Positions 38,101 to 49,044 of a stretch of 64,000 bases of DNA are shown here, piece after piece; within the stretch, counting starts at the first letter, position 1, and each line of letters opens with the position of its first letter. Under the pieces are notes generated by a model. The model saw only the letters and a program-made list of their open reading frames with translations, was not told where the DNA came from and did not search any database. The position numbers and the translations under genes were made by a program. The stretch is from NCBI GenBank assembly GCA_964016885.1, contig OZ024740.1, positions 72,354,001-72,418,000 on the forward strand, in the 5' to 3' direction. Origin of the DNA: Eledone cirrhosa. Lineage: Eukaryota.

Positions 38101-40334
38101 TGTGCTGGTATCATCGTCATCATTTGCATCATCATACATCTGTTTCTTCTAGTGATTGGAAGATTCTTCAGCTTTGCCAAGGACATGACAACTTCCTTAG
38201 TGTTAGTGCTACGATAAAATGTATTTTGGTAAAGTGCGTGATCATATGTTGGACCTCCCATCCCACCTTGATGTCAGGGTCTCTGCTTGAGAACTGACCA
38301 GTCTGTGATGACCTGTCCAACCCTTGCTGGCAAGGAAAACAGACGTTAAACAATGATGAAACTGGCATGAAATGGACAGGTCATTACTATCATGGTCAGT
38401 TCTTATTTGGAGTTACTGGATTTCTAGATAGATCAGAGACCACATCAGTTATATCTCTCTTAGTAATAAACAGGTGTTATCATCACTGATGTCTATCATT
38501 ATCACCATCACCGCCATCATCATCATCATCATCATCATTTAATGTTTGTTTTCCTTGCTAGCAAGAATTGGACTGTGTATGGATTTAAACTTAAGTGAAT
38601 GAATGGATAAATTAAAAGATCTCTGTCAGTTTCATTGATGAGTCTTCCAGTTGTTTGATGAATGGGATGGCTTGGTTGTGGAATTAACATAAGTGGCTGA
38701 GTATTCCACAGGTGATTTGAGGCTGCTATTGTTAACGGGTATAACTACCATACAGAGACTCCCATGTTGTCTCTCTGGTGGAAATAAGTCTATGAGGTTT
38801 GTAGTAAATTGTGATTACAGTAAATACAGTGTTATATAGTTATAAAGCTTTAGAAGTCATTTCATTGAGAGGTTGATTGGCAGTATCGGTAGAGGGTCGG
38901 ACGCCATGCTTTGACGCATAGAGTTACGGCCCTTGCCATTCTGAGTTCAAATCCCGCTGAGGTTAACTTTGCCTTTCATCCTTATGGGGTCGATAAAATA
39001 AAGTACCAGTAATACACTGGGTAATTGCTGGCCTTGTGTCAAAAGTAGAAACAATTATTTCATTGAGAGGTTAATTAAAGACTGATAACCTCCTCCTTAC
39101 CTTATCATTATCATCTCCATCATCTTCAACTTCATTGTTATCATCATCTTCTGTAAATAAATATTAATAGATTTTAAATATTATTTTCTCAAGCTAGTAT
39201 AGGTTATTACATCATCATCATAGTTTTATGTTGAGTTAGACGTGTTGTCGTGTTATGAGGGCAGACAGAATAGGTAACTTCATCATGATCATACAAACCA
39301 ATTTTGTCTTGGTTAAATAAATGTTAATAGATGTTAAGTATTATTTGTTCATGCTAATATAGGTATGCACAACTATTGCTGACTTTACATCACTTTATCT
39401 TATCACAGACTTCTTATTACTCACAAGTCAGTTATTCTTAAGTAACAACCTTATAACCCTTCTGATATCAAACTGCATGATACCACCCCTGATCCTAATA
39501 TGTTGAGCTGTTCATTTTACAGTTTATATTTATCTAAAACTTTACATAATTTTATGTAAGAAACTTTATGCTCCAAATACCAGCTTAAATAATGAGAAAG
39601 TTGTATTACTAAATCCCTCCAAATTTTCGATTATGTTCAAAATATGAAAATCATTGACTATGTGTTTAATTAGAACTATGGTAATGAAAAGATTAATAAT
39701 GAGAAAGTTATATTACAAAATCCTTCCAAATTCTTGATTTTCGGAACGATTTAAAAATTGTTAGCAGTTTCTTGCATTAGAAATATAGTAACAAAGTTTA
39801 CCTTTAATCAATTTTAAACATCCTGCTAAAGTATGAAAAATGTTTAAATGGAAGTTTTTTCTTATATTCTAGGTTCCTGAAAATATTCCTTTGACTCCCA
39901 AGTTTCTCAATCAGATGTTAGACTCCCAGTATGCTGCTATGTTTGCTGTATCTGGGGCAGCAGTATCATCAAATGAACACTTTCTTGCTGTTAGTCAGAA
40001 CTCATATTCTACTGAACACCATTGTATTAGCAGCAACAGTAGCTCTCAACTTTCAGAAAGACCTTATAGATTGAATCGCAGCCCAACAGCCAGAAACAAT
40101 TCTAACAAGCATTCACCTTTGTTGTTACCTGGTTTGTATCCTTTACTGCAAGATCAGATTGCTTCCACTTCGTTGTCTGTAGGACATGGCACCAGTTACT
40201 GTTTGTCTTCTAGAACATTAAACTCTACCAGCCCTTCTATATCTCCTAAACATCTGCTCTTCAGGAGCCCTTCTCCGTTGACTTCTATACCCATATCAAG
40301 CAATGCAAACAGAAGCAAAAACGGCCACATTTAA
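1603..40334 (+). CDS. TDRD5: Tudor domain-containing protein 5-like (LOTUS + extended Tudor, Tejas/Tapas family); span of 24 coding exons, 5' end outside the window
   Basis: Hand-spliced GT-AG exons join in continuous phase (~3485 nt, ~1160 aa). Two LOTUS-like units are followed by an extended Tudor (PEDAV...VFVSNIESPGHFW...EDRNWHRV...VYFVDYGN...LPMQAI...KWT...KPLIALV...VCLTDTS), collinear with vertebrate TDRD5 as I recall it. Confidence 0.9.
1861..2169 (-). mobile_element. tRNA-headed SINE with RTE-like 3' tail
   Basis: Near-identical to 8061-8387 and in part to 22805-23155; the tail resembles the 3' end of the adjacent RTE. Confidence 0.8.
2247..4860 (-). mobile_element. Decayed RTE-clade LINE (APE endonuclease + RT + C-terminus, (TGA)n tail)
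   Basis: ORF fragments contain GDFNGHVG and SQIDFLL (APE), QFGFVPG, AFVDLEKAF and LLYADDLVL (RT), and GRRSRGKPQKTW...DRDKWR; frameshifted. Confidence 0.92.
5110..5382 (-). mobile_element. Probable LINE (RTE-type) 5'-region fragment
   Basis: Shares agagagtggga.tggct...cact.taaaa...gcaca.gcattgc and a cctagccc...ctaggagaagg motif with 51640-52508. Confidence 0.55.
5492..5548 (+). CDS. TDRD5: TDRD5-like exon, LOTUS (ILDSHPEGLYSSKLCSAYK)
   Basis: tttttcAG / GTAAGT; LOTUS 'hpeGl..s.l...Y' motif. Confidence 0.85.
6490..6695. repeat. 41-bp minisatellite (~5 copies)
   Basis: Unit ctaccctgggatgccttccctggggcttacagactccatgt. Confidence 0.9.
6769..6931 (+). CDS. TDRD5: TDRD5-like exon, LOTUS (KYHGSELDYRDLRFLSVIDLVSKIDTIHIVRPTGSGDWILYD...)
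   Basis: polyT-ctccAG / GTATGT; LOTUS 'g..Ldy..lgF.s..dl' motif. Confidence 0.85.
7778..7914 (+). CDS. TDRD5: TDRD5-like exon, next LOTUS (...VRLNISKMLENYPNGLNLDCFMESYK)
   Basis: pyrimidine tract-AG / GTGAGA; phase 1 in, phase 0 out. Confidence 0.85.
8061..8387 (-). mobile_element. tRNA-headed SINE (full head) with RTE-like tail
   Basis: Minus strand begins ggaggcacaTGGCTTAGTGG (A box) ... GAGTTCAATTC (B box). Confidence 0.85.
8660..9190 (+). mobile_element. Decayed RTE (Expander-like) LINE 3' fragment
   Basis: Encodes a remnant of P.LTYGHESW...AAEMRFL. Confidence 0.7.
9554..9662 (+). CDS. TDRD5: TDRD5-like exon, LOTUS (AAAGSEFQPSEVGFRSLESYILSLASSVVEISYSGN)
   Basis: ttttcAG / GTTAGT; LOTUS 'GF.sL' motif. 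Confidence 0.85.
9731..9918. mobile_element. Tc1/mariner-type MITE
   Basis: Inverted repeats gtcagctgaaaagtttataggctgac / gtcaggctatgaacttttcagctgac, ending at TA. Confidence 0.65.
11311..11399 (+). CDS. TDRD5: TDRD5-like exon (SLTIKSARRHSSKENQETAQQQPVAKYSV)
   Basis: pyrimidine tract-cAG / GTATGT; phases fit both neighbours. Confidence 0.75.
12664..12866 (+). CDS. TDRD5: TDRD5-like exon, start of extended Tudor (LPEDAVG...VEVFVSNIESPGHFWLKFRG...LENLMDEL)
   Basis: tttcAG / GTAAGT; eTudor 'V..i.sP..Fw' motif. Confidence 0.92.
13195..13790. repeat. ~30-bp minisatellite (~19 copies)
   Basis: Unit gtcatagttttatctaaaccatacagccac. Confidence 0.95.
13907..14054 (+). CDS. TDRD5: TDRD5-like exon, Tudor core (YHVPDDFITVGFVAAAIYPEDRNWHRVYITKV)
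   Basis: AG / GTAGCT; Tudor 'D..W.R' motif. Confidence 0.92.
14288..14490. repeat. ~59-bp tandem repeat (4x) of a SINE segment
   Basis: Unit taagtgaactggagcaatgtagtgaagt...ttgctcaa. Confidence 0.8.
15623..15684 (+). CDS. TDRD5: TDRD5-like exon, Tudor (VYFVDYGNTCTVSRNSLRLL)
   Basis: tttatAG / GTATGT; DYGN motif. Confidence 0.95.
16045..16114 (+). CDS. TDRD5: TDRD5-like exon (NHFLSLPMQAIEGRLANVKPINE)
   Basis: ttttacAG / GTAATT; eTudor 'F..LP.QAi...La.v.P' motif. Confidence 0.93.
17230..17310 (+). CDS. TDRD5: TDRD5-like exon (KWTTKARNRMLSLCFNKPLIALVTQVK)
   Basis: ttccttAG / GTAGGT; eTudor 'W...A' and 'KPL' motifs. Confidence 0.9.
17785..17910 (+). CDS. TDRD5: TDRD5-like exon, end of eTudor (DRVISVCLTDTSDSKIDIHVNDVLVTEKYC...)
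   Basis: ttctctAG / GTAAGA; 'L.DTS...D..in..L' motif. Confidence 0.9.
18616..18882. mobile_element. hAT-like MITE
   Basis: TIRs CAGTGGTCCCCAAA / TTTGGGGATCCCTG; TSD degenerate. Confidence 0.6.
20190..20327 (+). CDS. TDRD5: TDRD5-like exon (KCRMPEG...PEWFPHTVYIQSLLTL)
   Basis: ttttAG / GTGAGT; open frame, phase 0/0. Confidence 0.65.
21790..22310 (+). mobile_element. Second decayed RTE (Expander-like) LINE 3' fragment
   Basis: Homologous to 8660-9190 (LIYDHES*VMTERIRL*IQADEMGFL). Confidence 0.7.
22805..23155 (-). mobile_element. SINE of the same family
   Basis: Body nearly identical to the 1861 and 8061 copies; (CAT)n tail. Confidence 0.8.
25050..25224 (+). CDS. TDRD5: TDRD5-like exon, S/T-rich linker (LFQTSPKPEISG...NSTK)
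   Basis: ttttcAG (in-frame alternative start at 25059) / AAG|GTATAC; phase 1 out. Confidence 0.7.
26219..26361 (+). CDS. TDRD5: TDRD5-like exon with 13-aa tandem repeat (DTLSEK...EPPAVVINKE)
   Basis: ttttccAG / GAG|GTAAAC; phase 1 in, phase 0 out. Confidence 0.72.
27343..27584 (+). CDS. TDRD5: TDRD5-like exon (PSKLKSESNER...NLKPFVK)
   Basis: tttttgcAG / AG|GTAAAT; open frame. Confidence 0.8.
28041..28379 (-). mobile_element. Non-autonomous Helitron-like element
   Basis: On the - strand: A|TCTAAACTATAATAT... subterminal hairpin CCACCC-AG-GGGTGG ...CTAG|T; no TSD. Confidence 0.6.
28792..28906 (+). CDS. TDRD5: TDRD5-like exon, C-terminal globular domain (VELTPEITIHIFNFNGTACISSCELSAFFWKIDIIRTM)
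   Basis: tttttctAG / GTAATT; phase 2 in, phase 0 out. Confidence 0.85.
30244..30323 (+). CDS. TDRD5: TDRD5-like exon (LRRVNLGISKVIICEEDYAELFKELE)
   Basis: tttccAG / GTGAGT. Confidence 0.85.
30920..30988 (+). CDS. TDRD5: TDRD5-like exon (INFSGLKSGEEHKDWLTLFRLE)
   Basis: ttttAG / GTAAGT; phase 2/2. Confidence 0.85.
31176..31485. repeat. Higher-order minisatellite (22-bp and 34-bp subunits)
   Basis: ttgtataaactggtgtagattg alternates with ttgtatagactggtgtagatggctatgttggttg. Confidence 0.95.
31898..32000 (+). CDS. TDRD5: TDRD5-like exon (VPVVLETFSHPSAELKAAIQKEIKEFDPEEHFWK)
   Basis: ctttctttcAG / GTAGGT. Confidence 0.85.
32330..32542 (-). mobile_element. Fragment of the same element as 51955-52107
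   Basis: Shared ttggatggcc.ttgactct and ccatgagacaggttgtactggg.tacatgttaccagtagcac. Confidence 0.65.
33373..33692 (+). CDS. TDRD5: TDRD5-like exon, S/P-rich (NDSARTC...INYNLTVFHKQ)
   Basis: ttgtAG / AG|GTAAGC; 320-nt open frame. Confidence 0.8.
34253..34398 (+). CDS. TDRD5: TDRD5-like exon, helical hairpin/coiled coil (QRILNKLMKDPSDYGNCVKELEDVEDKLQKLNVLL...)
   Basis: ttttcAG / G|GTAATT; heptad-like pattern. Confidence 0.82.
34501..35555 (+). mobile_element. piggyBac deletion derivative with transposase remnant
   Basis: TTAA-CCCTTTAG...CTAAAGGG-TTAA termini; peptide WRPTDAAEMQAFF...GIKQFPRLWNYW...IMPKTTYLKLNQYLHLVD resembles PGBD-type transposases. Confidence 0.88.
37465..37878. mobile_element. 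Fold-back/MITE-like long inverted repeat (~180-bp arms, ~50-bp spacer)
   Basis: actagacctgaaaaatgcgcaagctc... is mirrored by ...gagcttgcgcatttttcaggtctagt. Confidence 0.85.
37947..38065 (+). CDS. TDRD5: TDRD5-like exon, Ser-rich (RCHSPFNQSQSNLSGSPSSSRGLSPRDSLSTSHSSSSSP)
   Basis: tttgcAG / CCG|GTAAAC; supplies the phase 1 to phase 0 bridge needed to reach the last exon. Confidence 0.75.
39873..40334 (+). CDS. TDRD5: TDRD5-like terminal coding exon (VPENIPLTPKFL...RSKNGHI*)
   Basis: ttctAG acceptor, in frame with ORF 39891-40334; AATAAA at 40471. Confidence 0.8.
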   Translation, partial: VPENIPLTPKFLNQMLDSQYAAMFAVSGAAVSSNEHFLAVSQNSYSTEHHCISSNSSSQLSERPYRLNRSPTARNNSNKHSPLLLPGLYPLLQDQIASTSLSVGHGTSYCLSSRTLNSTSPSISPKHLLFRSPSPLTSIPISSNANRSKNGHI

Positions 40335-40406
40335 TGTATATTCTATTACTTCTATGCTGTTATTCTCTTATATATATATATATATATATACACGCATATG
40401 GATATA

Positions 40407-40442
<36 letters not shown>

Positions 40443-42294
40443 AACTCAAATAGTTATCTACTGCTAGGCCAATAAAATCTTGTAGTTTAATATTCTTCTT
40501 ACACTAATATTTATTTACATAGAGAGAGCAACAGTAGGGTTTGGTTGTTATTGTTTTTGTTTTATTTTTATTTAGTTTTTTACAAAACTCGAAACTGCAA
40601 ATACATATCTTCAAAATATCTGATTATTTATTTCTTTTGTTTTATAGGTTCTAGAATGTTTAAGGTTTTCCAATATATGATAAACCTACCTGTTATAGAT
40701 AATTTTTTGGAGTTGCGATAAAAAAAAACTGAGCTGCAAAACAATTGATAGAAACCAAAATGATTGGTGATTCATTCATGACTGAGAAATATACTGAAAA
40801 ATAACAATGTGAGATATATTTGACTAACTTCTATTTGAAACAAAAACACAAGTAACAATGTGAAACATATCTAATTTCTGATTGAAACAAAACACAAATA
40901 ACATTAATAAAAATAGGTTTCCTCTTAGGTATATTGTTTCATTTTTATTTATATATATTTTTTATTTTTAAAAGTTAAAAGTTTAACTAGGTACACCAGT
41001 TTAATTAAATCATGGTATTTATCAATTGAATCAATTTATAGCTATTTTTGTTATACTTGCTTTCGATGCCTCCTAGTGAAGGTTCATGTAGCCTAGTAGT
41101 TAAAATATTTGACTCGCAATCATAAGGTCATGGGTTCAATTCCTGAACTGGACAGCCTGTTTTTGACAGCGTCGTTTCACATTGCTTTTTCTTGATAGGA
41201 TTGGAGCCCCTGTCATTAAAACACCCTCAAAAACCCTCCTATGAAATGAAACTTTGTTGGAGGCCAGCTAACTCTACATAGGTGATGGCTGTAAATGTCA
41301 CATCATTTTCCTGTTAATGTAGACAATATGTTAACATGAAATATTTCAGTTATAAATATAGAATTATTTATATTTTTCCAGCACAATATAAATATTTTCT
41401 ATATTTGAGAATCTGTAAGACACAAACTTTTGGGCTATTGTGTGCCTGCCAATATTAAAATTTTTAAATAATAATTTTCAAACTACACGCATTTCTTTTT
41501 ATTCTCTGCCAAAATTCCACGAAGAGAAAGTTTTATTGACTCAGTTTTGAATTTAAAATTTCTGTTACTTTCACAATTTATGTTAAAATCAGAATTAAAA
41601 TAAGCTTAATTAATTTTTAGATGTCAAATGAGCAGAGTTGTTAGTGTTGGATTGACTGCCTTGGTATTTGTTCCACTTCTCTGCACTTTGAGTTCATATC
41701 CCATTGAGTTCAACTTTGCCTTTCATCCTTCCATGGTCAATACAGTACCAGTCAAGAGATGGAAGATTGGCAGAATTGTTTAAAATGTTGGACTGGATAT
41801 TTTGTGGTATTTGATCTGATTCTGTGTCGCTTCTTTCTGCCAGGCGTTGTGATAGGCAGACAGTATCAGCAAAGGAAACATGGATTCCTTAATCTATTCT
41901 AATGTTAGCTCCTTTTGTAGAATACTTTTTGTCAAAAAATTATTTTTGTTCAGTATTTGTTATATATATTAAACAATTATTTTCTAATGAAAAAGTTTGT
42001 CTACTTCTCTCATTTTGATGCTTTTAAAACCACTTTCTTATTCATTTCATAAAAGGTTTCACCAACACATTGTAAAGTTTACTATTATAAACATGTAAAT
42101 TTAATGATTTCGATGAATATGTTGAAAAGTGATATTTATGAATTTATGATTTTTATAAAACATGAGAATCATTTAATCTTAAATAGTTTGGCCTGGCTGT
42201 GACTATAACATTGACAATTAGTTTTGTATTATAAAATATAAAATTTTGAAGATCAAAATCATTATTTAAACATAATTTTCTACAGTCATGTGAA

Positions 42295-42660
42295 GGTGCA
42301 TAGTCTAGTGGTTGGTGTGTTGGACTTACAATTATAAGATTGTTAGTTCAATTTCTGGACTAAGTGGAGCGTTGTTTTCTTGGGCAAGACACTTCATTTC
42401 ACAGTTTTTTGTGATGGGTTGGGGGGATTGTTGTTAAAATATCAAAAAAAAAACTATCATAGGTAAGAGTTGTAACAACAACAACTATATATATGTGAAG
42501 ACACATGGCTTAGTGATTAGATGCTGGACTGTCAATCATAAGGTTGTGAATTCGATTCCTGGACTGGGTGGAGTGTTATGTTCTTGATTAAAATACTTCA
42601 TTTCATAATAGAACTGGGGGTTCCCTGTCATTAAAGCATATTTAAAAAAAAAAACTCTTG
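42295..42660 (+). mobile_element. Two tandem tRNA-derived SINE heads
   Basis: A/B-box-like tggcttagtgattag...ttcgattcc; related heads at ~41085-41155, ~44345-44400 and ~50915-50970. Confidence 0.65.
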
Positions 42661-43005
42661 AGATGCAGCTATATAAAATGTCAGTTAAACTTGCATAGGT
42701 GTGAGCTGTAAATCTTGTATTTTTTTGTGTTGTTTTTTTAATGTCATTCATAGTTTACTACTAGCACTCTGAAAAAGGTATCAATTTCTTTTGTTTTATA
42801 AAAATTCTTTAAGAAAAACCTTCTACTACAATTATCTTATGCAAACAAATAAATAAAGCCCACTAATGGATAATTCTTTAATTCTTTCTCATGTTTAACT
42901 TAACCAATTTTACTATTTCTAATTATATTTGAAATTATGCCTGAAGCACTGGCTGAAGCTTGAAATCTGTGATATTCTTTATGTGCCATGTAATGTATTT
43001 ATTAA

Positions 43006-43038
<33 letters not shown>

Positions 43039-43544
43039 GAAAAGTCTCTCTCTCTCTCTAATGTATGTGTGTGTGTGTATATATATAAATATATATATGT
43101 TGCTATATAAAATATATGTAAGCATTTTACTTTTTTTTTTTGTGGAGATGGAGGGTTTCATACTGAAAAAAATTATAAGATATATTTTAATTTTTTGTAC
43201 TTAAAATTTTGATTTAACCTTTTTTTTTACTTACTCTGTCATTTTTGCCATTCAATGTAAATTTCTGTATTTGTGAAGTTATCACAATCACTGGTTTGGA
43301 ATTAAGTTGTCAACATTGCTATTTTATGGAAGGACATTTCATTTCTTTTTTTATCAACCACTGACAGGTTATTTTCCATTCATAGTATATGCTTATATAC
43401 ACACACACATGTATATAGAGATACACACACGCATGTATATACTTATTTTTTTATCAGTTATATATATATATCTATTTTTTTTTTTGCATATTTGTTTATA
43501 ATGTTTTGAAATGTGGGGATAAACAGAAAAAGTTGGTTAATTAC

Positions 43545-43880
43545 ATCATCCTACATGCTGATACATTGTTACATACGCAATAACCCTCTGTTCTAATATG
43601 TTGATATAACTGTTATATACTCAACAACCCCCATCCTACATGTTGATATAACTTATATATTCAACAACCCCCATCCTACATGTTGATATAACTGTTATAT
43701 CGTCAACAACACCCTGTCCTACAAGTTAATGTAGTTGTTGCATCCTCAGCAACCCCTTGTCCTACATGTTGATACAATTAGTATATATTCAACAAGCCCC
43801 TTGTCCTACATGTTGACTTAACTGTTGTATAGTCAACAACACCCTGTCCAACATGTTAATGTAGTTATATAACTATCCTC
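43545..43880. repeat. ~43-45-bp minisatellite
   Basis: Unit caacaacccccatcctacatgttgatataactgttatatat. Confidence 0.9.
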
Positions 43881-46800
43881 TGCCTTCTAATGAGTTCAGA
43901 GTCATGTTGATAGCTAAGTCTCCAGATTATCATATTCTGTTTTCTTCTGGTATTCTTCAGATCAATAAGGTTGACAGTGTGTAATGTCACTGTATTAATT
44001 ATTAAGCAGTAGTAGAGGGTGGTGGATATGCAGCATAGAGTTATGGTCTGATTTTGAATCCCGCCGAGGTTAACTTTGCCTTTCATCCTTACGAGGTCGA
44101 TAAAATAAAGCACCAGTAATGCACTGGGATAATTGTTGGCCTTGTGTCAAAAAGTAGAAGCAATTAATTATTAAGCAGTAGCGTCAGTGTAGTTTTGCCA
44201 TTAATAATCTTGTTTTCCCCCACACTATTTTAAAGTTTAGTTTTTAAACTAGATTTGTCTATCTTAAAGTAGTTTATCATTTACTAAATTTAACTAAATT
44301 TCTTTGATCTGTTTAAAAATGCTTTACCAAGGCTGTTGTGGGGACATCATGGCCAAATGGTTAAGAAGTTCACTTCACAATCATAAGGTCCCGGATTCAA
44401 GGCAAGTCTCCTTTACCATAGCCTCAGGTTGACCCATTCCTTATGAGTGGAATTGGGTACACTAACTGTCTGGAAGCCTGTCAGATGGACTGTACCTATA
44501 ATTCAATGGGCCAGCCTTGTCACACTGTCTGCTAAATCTTCATGATAGTTACGTTAAGGTTATGTGTGTCTATGTAATACTGAGTCACTTAATTACCTGT
44601 AATTTAAATGGCCAACTCACTGAATCTCCCTGAGAATTATGTTAAGAGTATACATGTCTGTGGGATGTTCAGCAACTTGTTGGATATTAATTTCAAAAGC
44701 AGACTGTCTATTGATGGAACAACTGGAATACTCAGCGACACAATCAATGGGGACCAATTCTATTCCACCATGTCTGTTGTAGTATGCCTCGTATATTGGT
44801 GCTATAAAACAATTCTTAATACCTGCCTAATGTCAATTTATAATCTGTGATTGCCTAGAATGTTAGATTTTACAACAGGGGGATCATTTAAGTAACAAAA
44901 TTTGATATCTTAACTAATGTAATTAATGTAGCAACAAAAGTGATTTACTCATTAGTATATTTTGCTCCTTTATTTATAGAGCAAGATTTTACAACATTCT
45001 ACCTACAGCTTGCACTGCAAGACACTTCCTTTATCAGTTGATGGGCAGAGATCTCTACAATTTTGGTATCTTCCTGGTGTATCACACCCTCCAGTGATGC
45101 CCAACAGTACTGATGATACCTGGGAATTCTCTGGTTTTATGACCCACTCTAGCACAATTTTCCCTTTCGTCATGCAGAATAACTTTCTCTATACCTAACA
45201 GTGGGATATTTTATTTCTCACTACTTTGAAAACAGCAGAAATATTAGTGTTTCAAAATTGCATTGTATTTCAATTTAATTTTCTCTTCTGTATCTTTATT
45301 TTAATATCTGCTTCCATCACATAAGAGATGTTCTCCTCCTCCACTGGCTATTTGCTAGTATTTCCTCTCCATGGCAAAATAAACAACTTCATTAATTCTT
45401 TTATGTTCTGTACAATATGAAACCACATTAGCAAGACATTCTTAAAAACATACAGCACTATGAGTGCAACACGTGAAACATTAAAGCCTTTACCCTAATG
45501 TTGCAAATTTTCATAATGATTTGCCCACTTGTAAAGATACTATAAACAGTTGAATTAACAAACTTGTTTTTAGATATTTTCTTCTAAATCATTACAGGCT
45601 GTTAAAAGTTAACTCTTAACATCCTGTAGTATATGAAACCAAATTACCAAGACATTCTTGAAAAATACAAAACATCACTATATCTGCATCATATTAGAAA
45701 TTAAAGTCTTTAATTGACTACAATTTTTCACAGCAGTCTACTCACTAGTAAAAATACTTTAAACATTTGAATAAAAAAAAAAAAAATATTTTAAGATACT
45801 TTCCACTTAATCAATGTAAGATGTTAAAAGTTATAGCTCTGAAGCTAAAAGTTCAGAAGTTTTGTGCTTAAGTGCAATTTTTCAAAACACCCGATGTACC
45901 TGGGTTTTGTTTCTTCCATTTGCACAGCCAAACTTGTTTATAGATATTTTCTGCTAAATCATTACAGCATGATAAAAGTTAAATTTAAATATTACATCTG
46001 GCTAGTTTATTAAAAGTAAAAGTTGTTCTAATATGATAAATCTATGTAGCTTCGATTTTGTGAATCTTGGTCTTAGAGTATATAAAAATTAGGCTTTCAA
46101 AACAAAAGGTATATAAAGCTGTTCTTACCAAATTAAATTTAACTTCTCATTATATTGCTATATAAGTGTCTATAATATTGGAACTTTTAATTAATTTATA
46201 GATTTTGTGTTATTAATGACTAGCTAGCTAATTAATTTGCAATCTTTGTAGGAACTAATTAGATGTTGATCCCTTTTCATTTGAAACTAAATCTTAGATC
46301 TTTGATTACATTCCAGATTGAGGTAGTTATATTTATACCTTGGGGATGGGGGACTAGAGATTTTTTACACTATTTTTCTTTTTCTGTTTATTTTTTCATT
46401 TTCATACTTAAATTCTATTCAATTCTTTCCAATAAAAATGTGTTTATTAGCATTGTTTTGTCTTGTCTTTTATTTTACTGGTTTCAGTCACTGGATTGTG
46501 ACCATGCTGGGGCACTGCCTTCAAAGTTTTTTTTTTATTCTAAACATTCATACAATAAGTCTTTCGCTTAGTGTTCTCTGACCTATTGTTAACCCTTTCA
46601 TTACCATATTTCTAATGAAAGTCACTGCATCATCTAAAAACAGGAAGAACACATAAAATAATGTAGGAGGGTCACAAGTGGAAAGTCTTCAATCATAGAT
46701 AGACTTGAGACTATATAACAACTTACCTGATGAAGTAACCAACACATTGTATTACCTCAGTAAATATTTGCAGCATCTTAGTGATGGTCAAACTGCTTAC

Positions 46801-47639
46801 ATCTTTATTTTGAAAATAATCAAGATTTGGATGACAGCTTAATAATGAGAAAGTTATACTAAGGTCAACTTTGCCTTTAATCCTTCTGTGGTTAATGATA
46901 TAAAGCACCAGTAAAATACTGGCGTTGATTTAATCAATTTTCCCCTCCTCAAATTGTTGGCTTGTGCCTAAATTAGAAACTATTAAGTTTAACAAATTTT
47001 CCTTGTTAAAGTTATAATGGAAAGTAATTGAATAAATTTGAAAGAAATATTGTTACATTACTATTCTACACAGCTTTCTTTTAGTATTTAACCAGAGGAC
47101 AAAGATATGTGAAGGCTGGAAAGAAATGAAGCAAACATACTCTGATGGATATCTATTCTAATCAATGTGTGTGAACAACTTAGCATAGATGAGCTGTGTA
47201 TGAGAGGAATCAGTTGTAGTGTGCTGGTATGGACATGTGAGGAAGTGGAAAGGTGCTACCATATACGGAGGCCAAGAAAAATTTGGGCAGATATGCTGAA
47301 AACTGATTTCAAATATGAATCTCACAGTTGGGTTAACAAAGGACTAAGCATGGAAAAAGAATTTTTATGTTGGTTTTCCTTGCTGGTGTAAGTTGGACAG
47401 GTTGTTACATCTTGATTAGTATTTGGTGTCACATCCTTCCTAGATGAGTGGAAAAACCATGTCTCACTTGTATGTTCTCCCAACACCAACCGCTTTTCAA
47501 AGTGTATCAAGTGCCTTTTATCATGGCACCAGGATTCTCACGAGACTAAAGAATCCTCACTCTTATATTGTCTGTTTATTTCAAGGTAATGTGATGAAAG
47601 AACCATTCTTTTTTTATTTTGTCCATAAAACGCTAAACT

Positions 47640-48600
47640 CCACCAGTTGCAGACTGCGCATCAACATGAGATATTTTTCTCCACTAAGTTTGAACACCAA
47701 CAGCAGAGTTTAAAGAGCAAAGATCAAGTCCAGTCGATAGGTTGACATTATCAAGTCTTCATTTTGGTTGCCAGCCTCTGATTCTCTTACCAGCCAACCT
47801 TCCTTTCAGGCATAACCTACTCACTTTATATGGCCGTATAGTTTGAGTACTCTTGACTTGACACTTGATGTAATTGGTCTAAGTTTGGTTATGTTGAACA
47901 GCTCACTGAGCCGCTTGCCAGTCATAAGTTTCATGATGTGGCTCTAGAATGTAAAGAGCTTCTGAAGTGACCTTGTTGTCCATATAACAACTGGTAGGAT
48001 GTATCTAAGATCTTAGCCTTCAAATGATAGGAATCTTGTTTTGATGTTAGTACTTCCTTGTTCTTGTTGAAAGCTGCACAATCTAGAGCGATGCAATACT
48101 GCGCAGCAACCATTCCATTGTTGTTTGATAATTTGTGACGGAGATATACAAGCTCCATAACTTGAGCCATTTGCTGCTTGGAGATTGGCATTGTTTTTAT
48201 CAGTTGTCATACGCTTTGTTTTGGAGATATTGATGTGCAAGCTAGCCTCCAACGAATGTTTGGCCAGTACATTCAGAAAGTCTTGCAGATCAGTTCTAGA
48301 GTAACTCATGATTGCCAGATCGTCTACATAGCTAAGATTTGATAGCCAGAGGAGCATTTTTCTTCAATCTGGTAGATAACTATACAGAAAAGACGTGCTG
48401 ATAGTACACTCCCCCCCCCCCCCCCCCTCTGTTTAACTCTCTTCAAGATGTCTATACACTGTAGTTCCCAGATGTTTTGATATATGCTGTAAGTTTCTTT
48501 TGGTAGGTTGATGTATTTTTTGTTAATTGAGGTCTTGTTGAAGAGTTGCCACAAGCTAGGTAGTTTCACGTTGACTAGCAGTTTAATGGACTTTATATTT
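47640..48600 (-). mobile_element. Decayed RTE-like LINE RT fragment
   Basis: LSYVDDLAIM...LHINISKTKRM, with stops and frameshifts downstream. Confidence 0.7.
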
Positions 48601-48674
48601 CAGGATAAAATCCTTTCATTAAAAGAATAACGGGGAACTAATTCAGAGCAGGATGTCTTGTGTACATTCTAAAG

Positions 48675-48989
48675 CAGTGGTCGCCAACCTCAGACCACTA
48701 AATTCATAATTTTAAATCCTGCAGACACTAATATGAATTTTTTAAAAAAGATAAATACATTTGTAAAATAATTATCAGAGAACTTCCATTTTATTAAACA
48801 ATACTGAAGTGTACATGTGTTATATTGTCGATAGGTGATACATGGATGTTAGTACTTTGAGGAGAAACATTTTTTTAGGGGTGTTATAAAATATATTTTA
48901 ACCAAATATTTTTGTTTTATTATTAATAAAACATAAAAATTGCAAATAATGTCCAAATTTTCTCTCAGATCACCAGTTGGGAACTGCTG
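48675..48989. mobile_element. hAT (Charlie-like) MITE
   Basis: Imperfect TIRs CAGTGGTCGCCAAC / GTTGGGAACTGCTG with a perfect 8-bp TSD TTCTAAAG (48667-48674 and 48990-48997). Confidence 0.8.
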
Positions 48990-49044
48990 TTCTAAAGGAT
49001 TTGCTTCAGTGAAAATGGACATCAGTGATCATTCCTGTTGATTT

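Noticed and set aside
46680-46830. CTGATGA at ~46728 as a hammerhead core
   Set aside because: No helix II-GAAA follows; it is part of a dispersed repeat also at ~50260-50360, where the motif reads CTGATGC.
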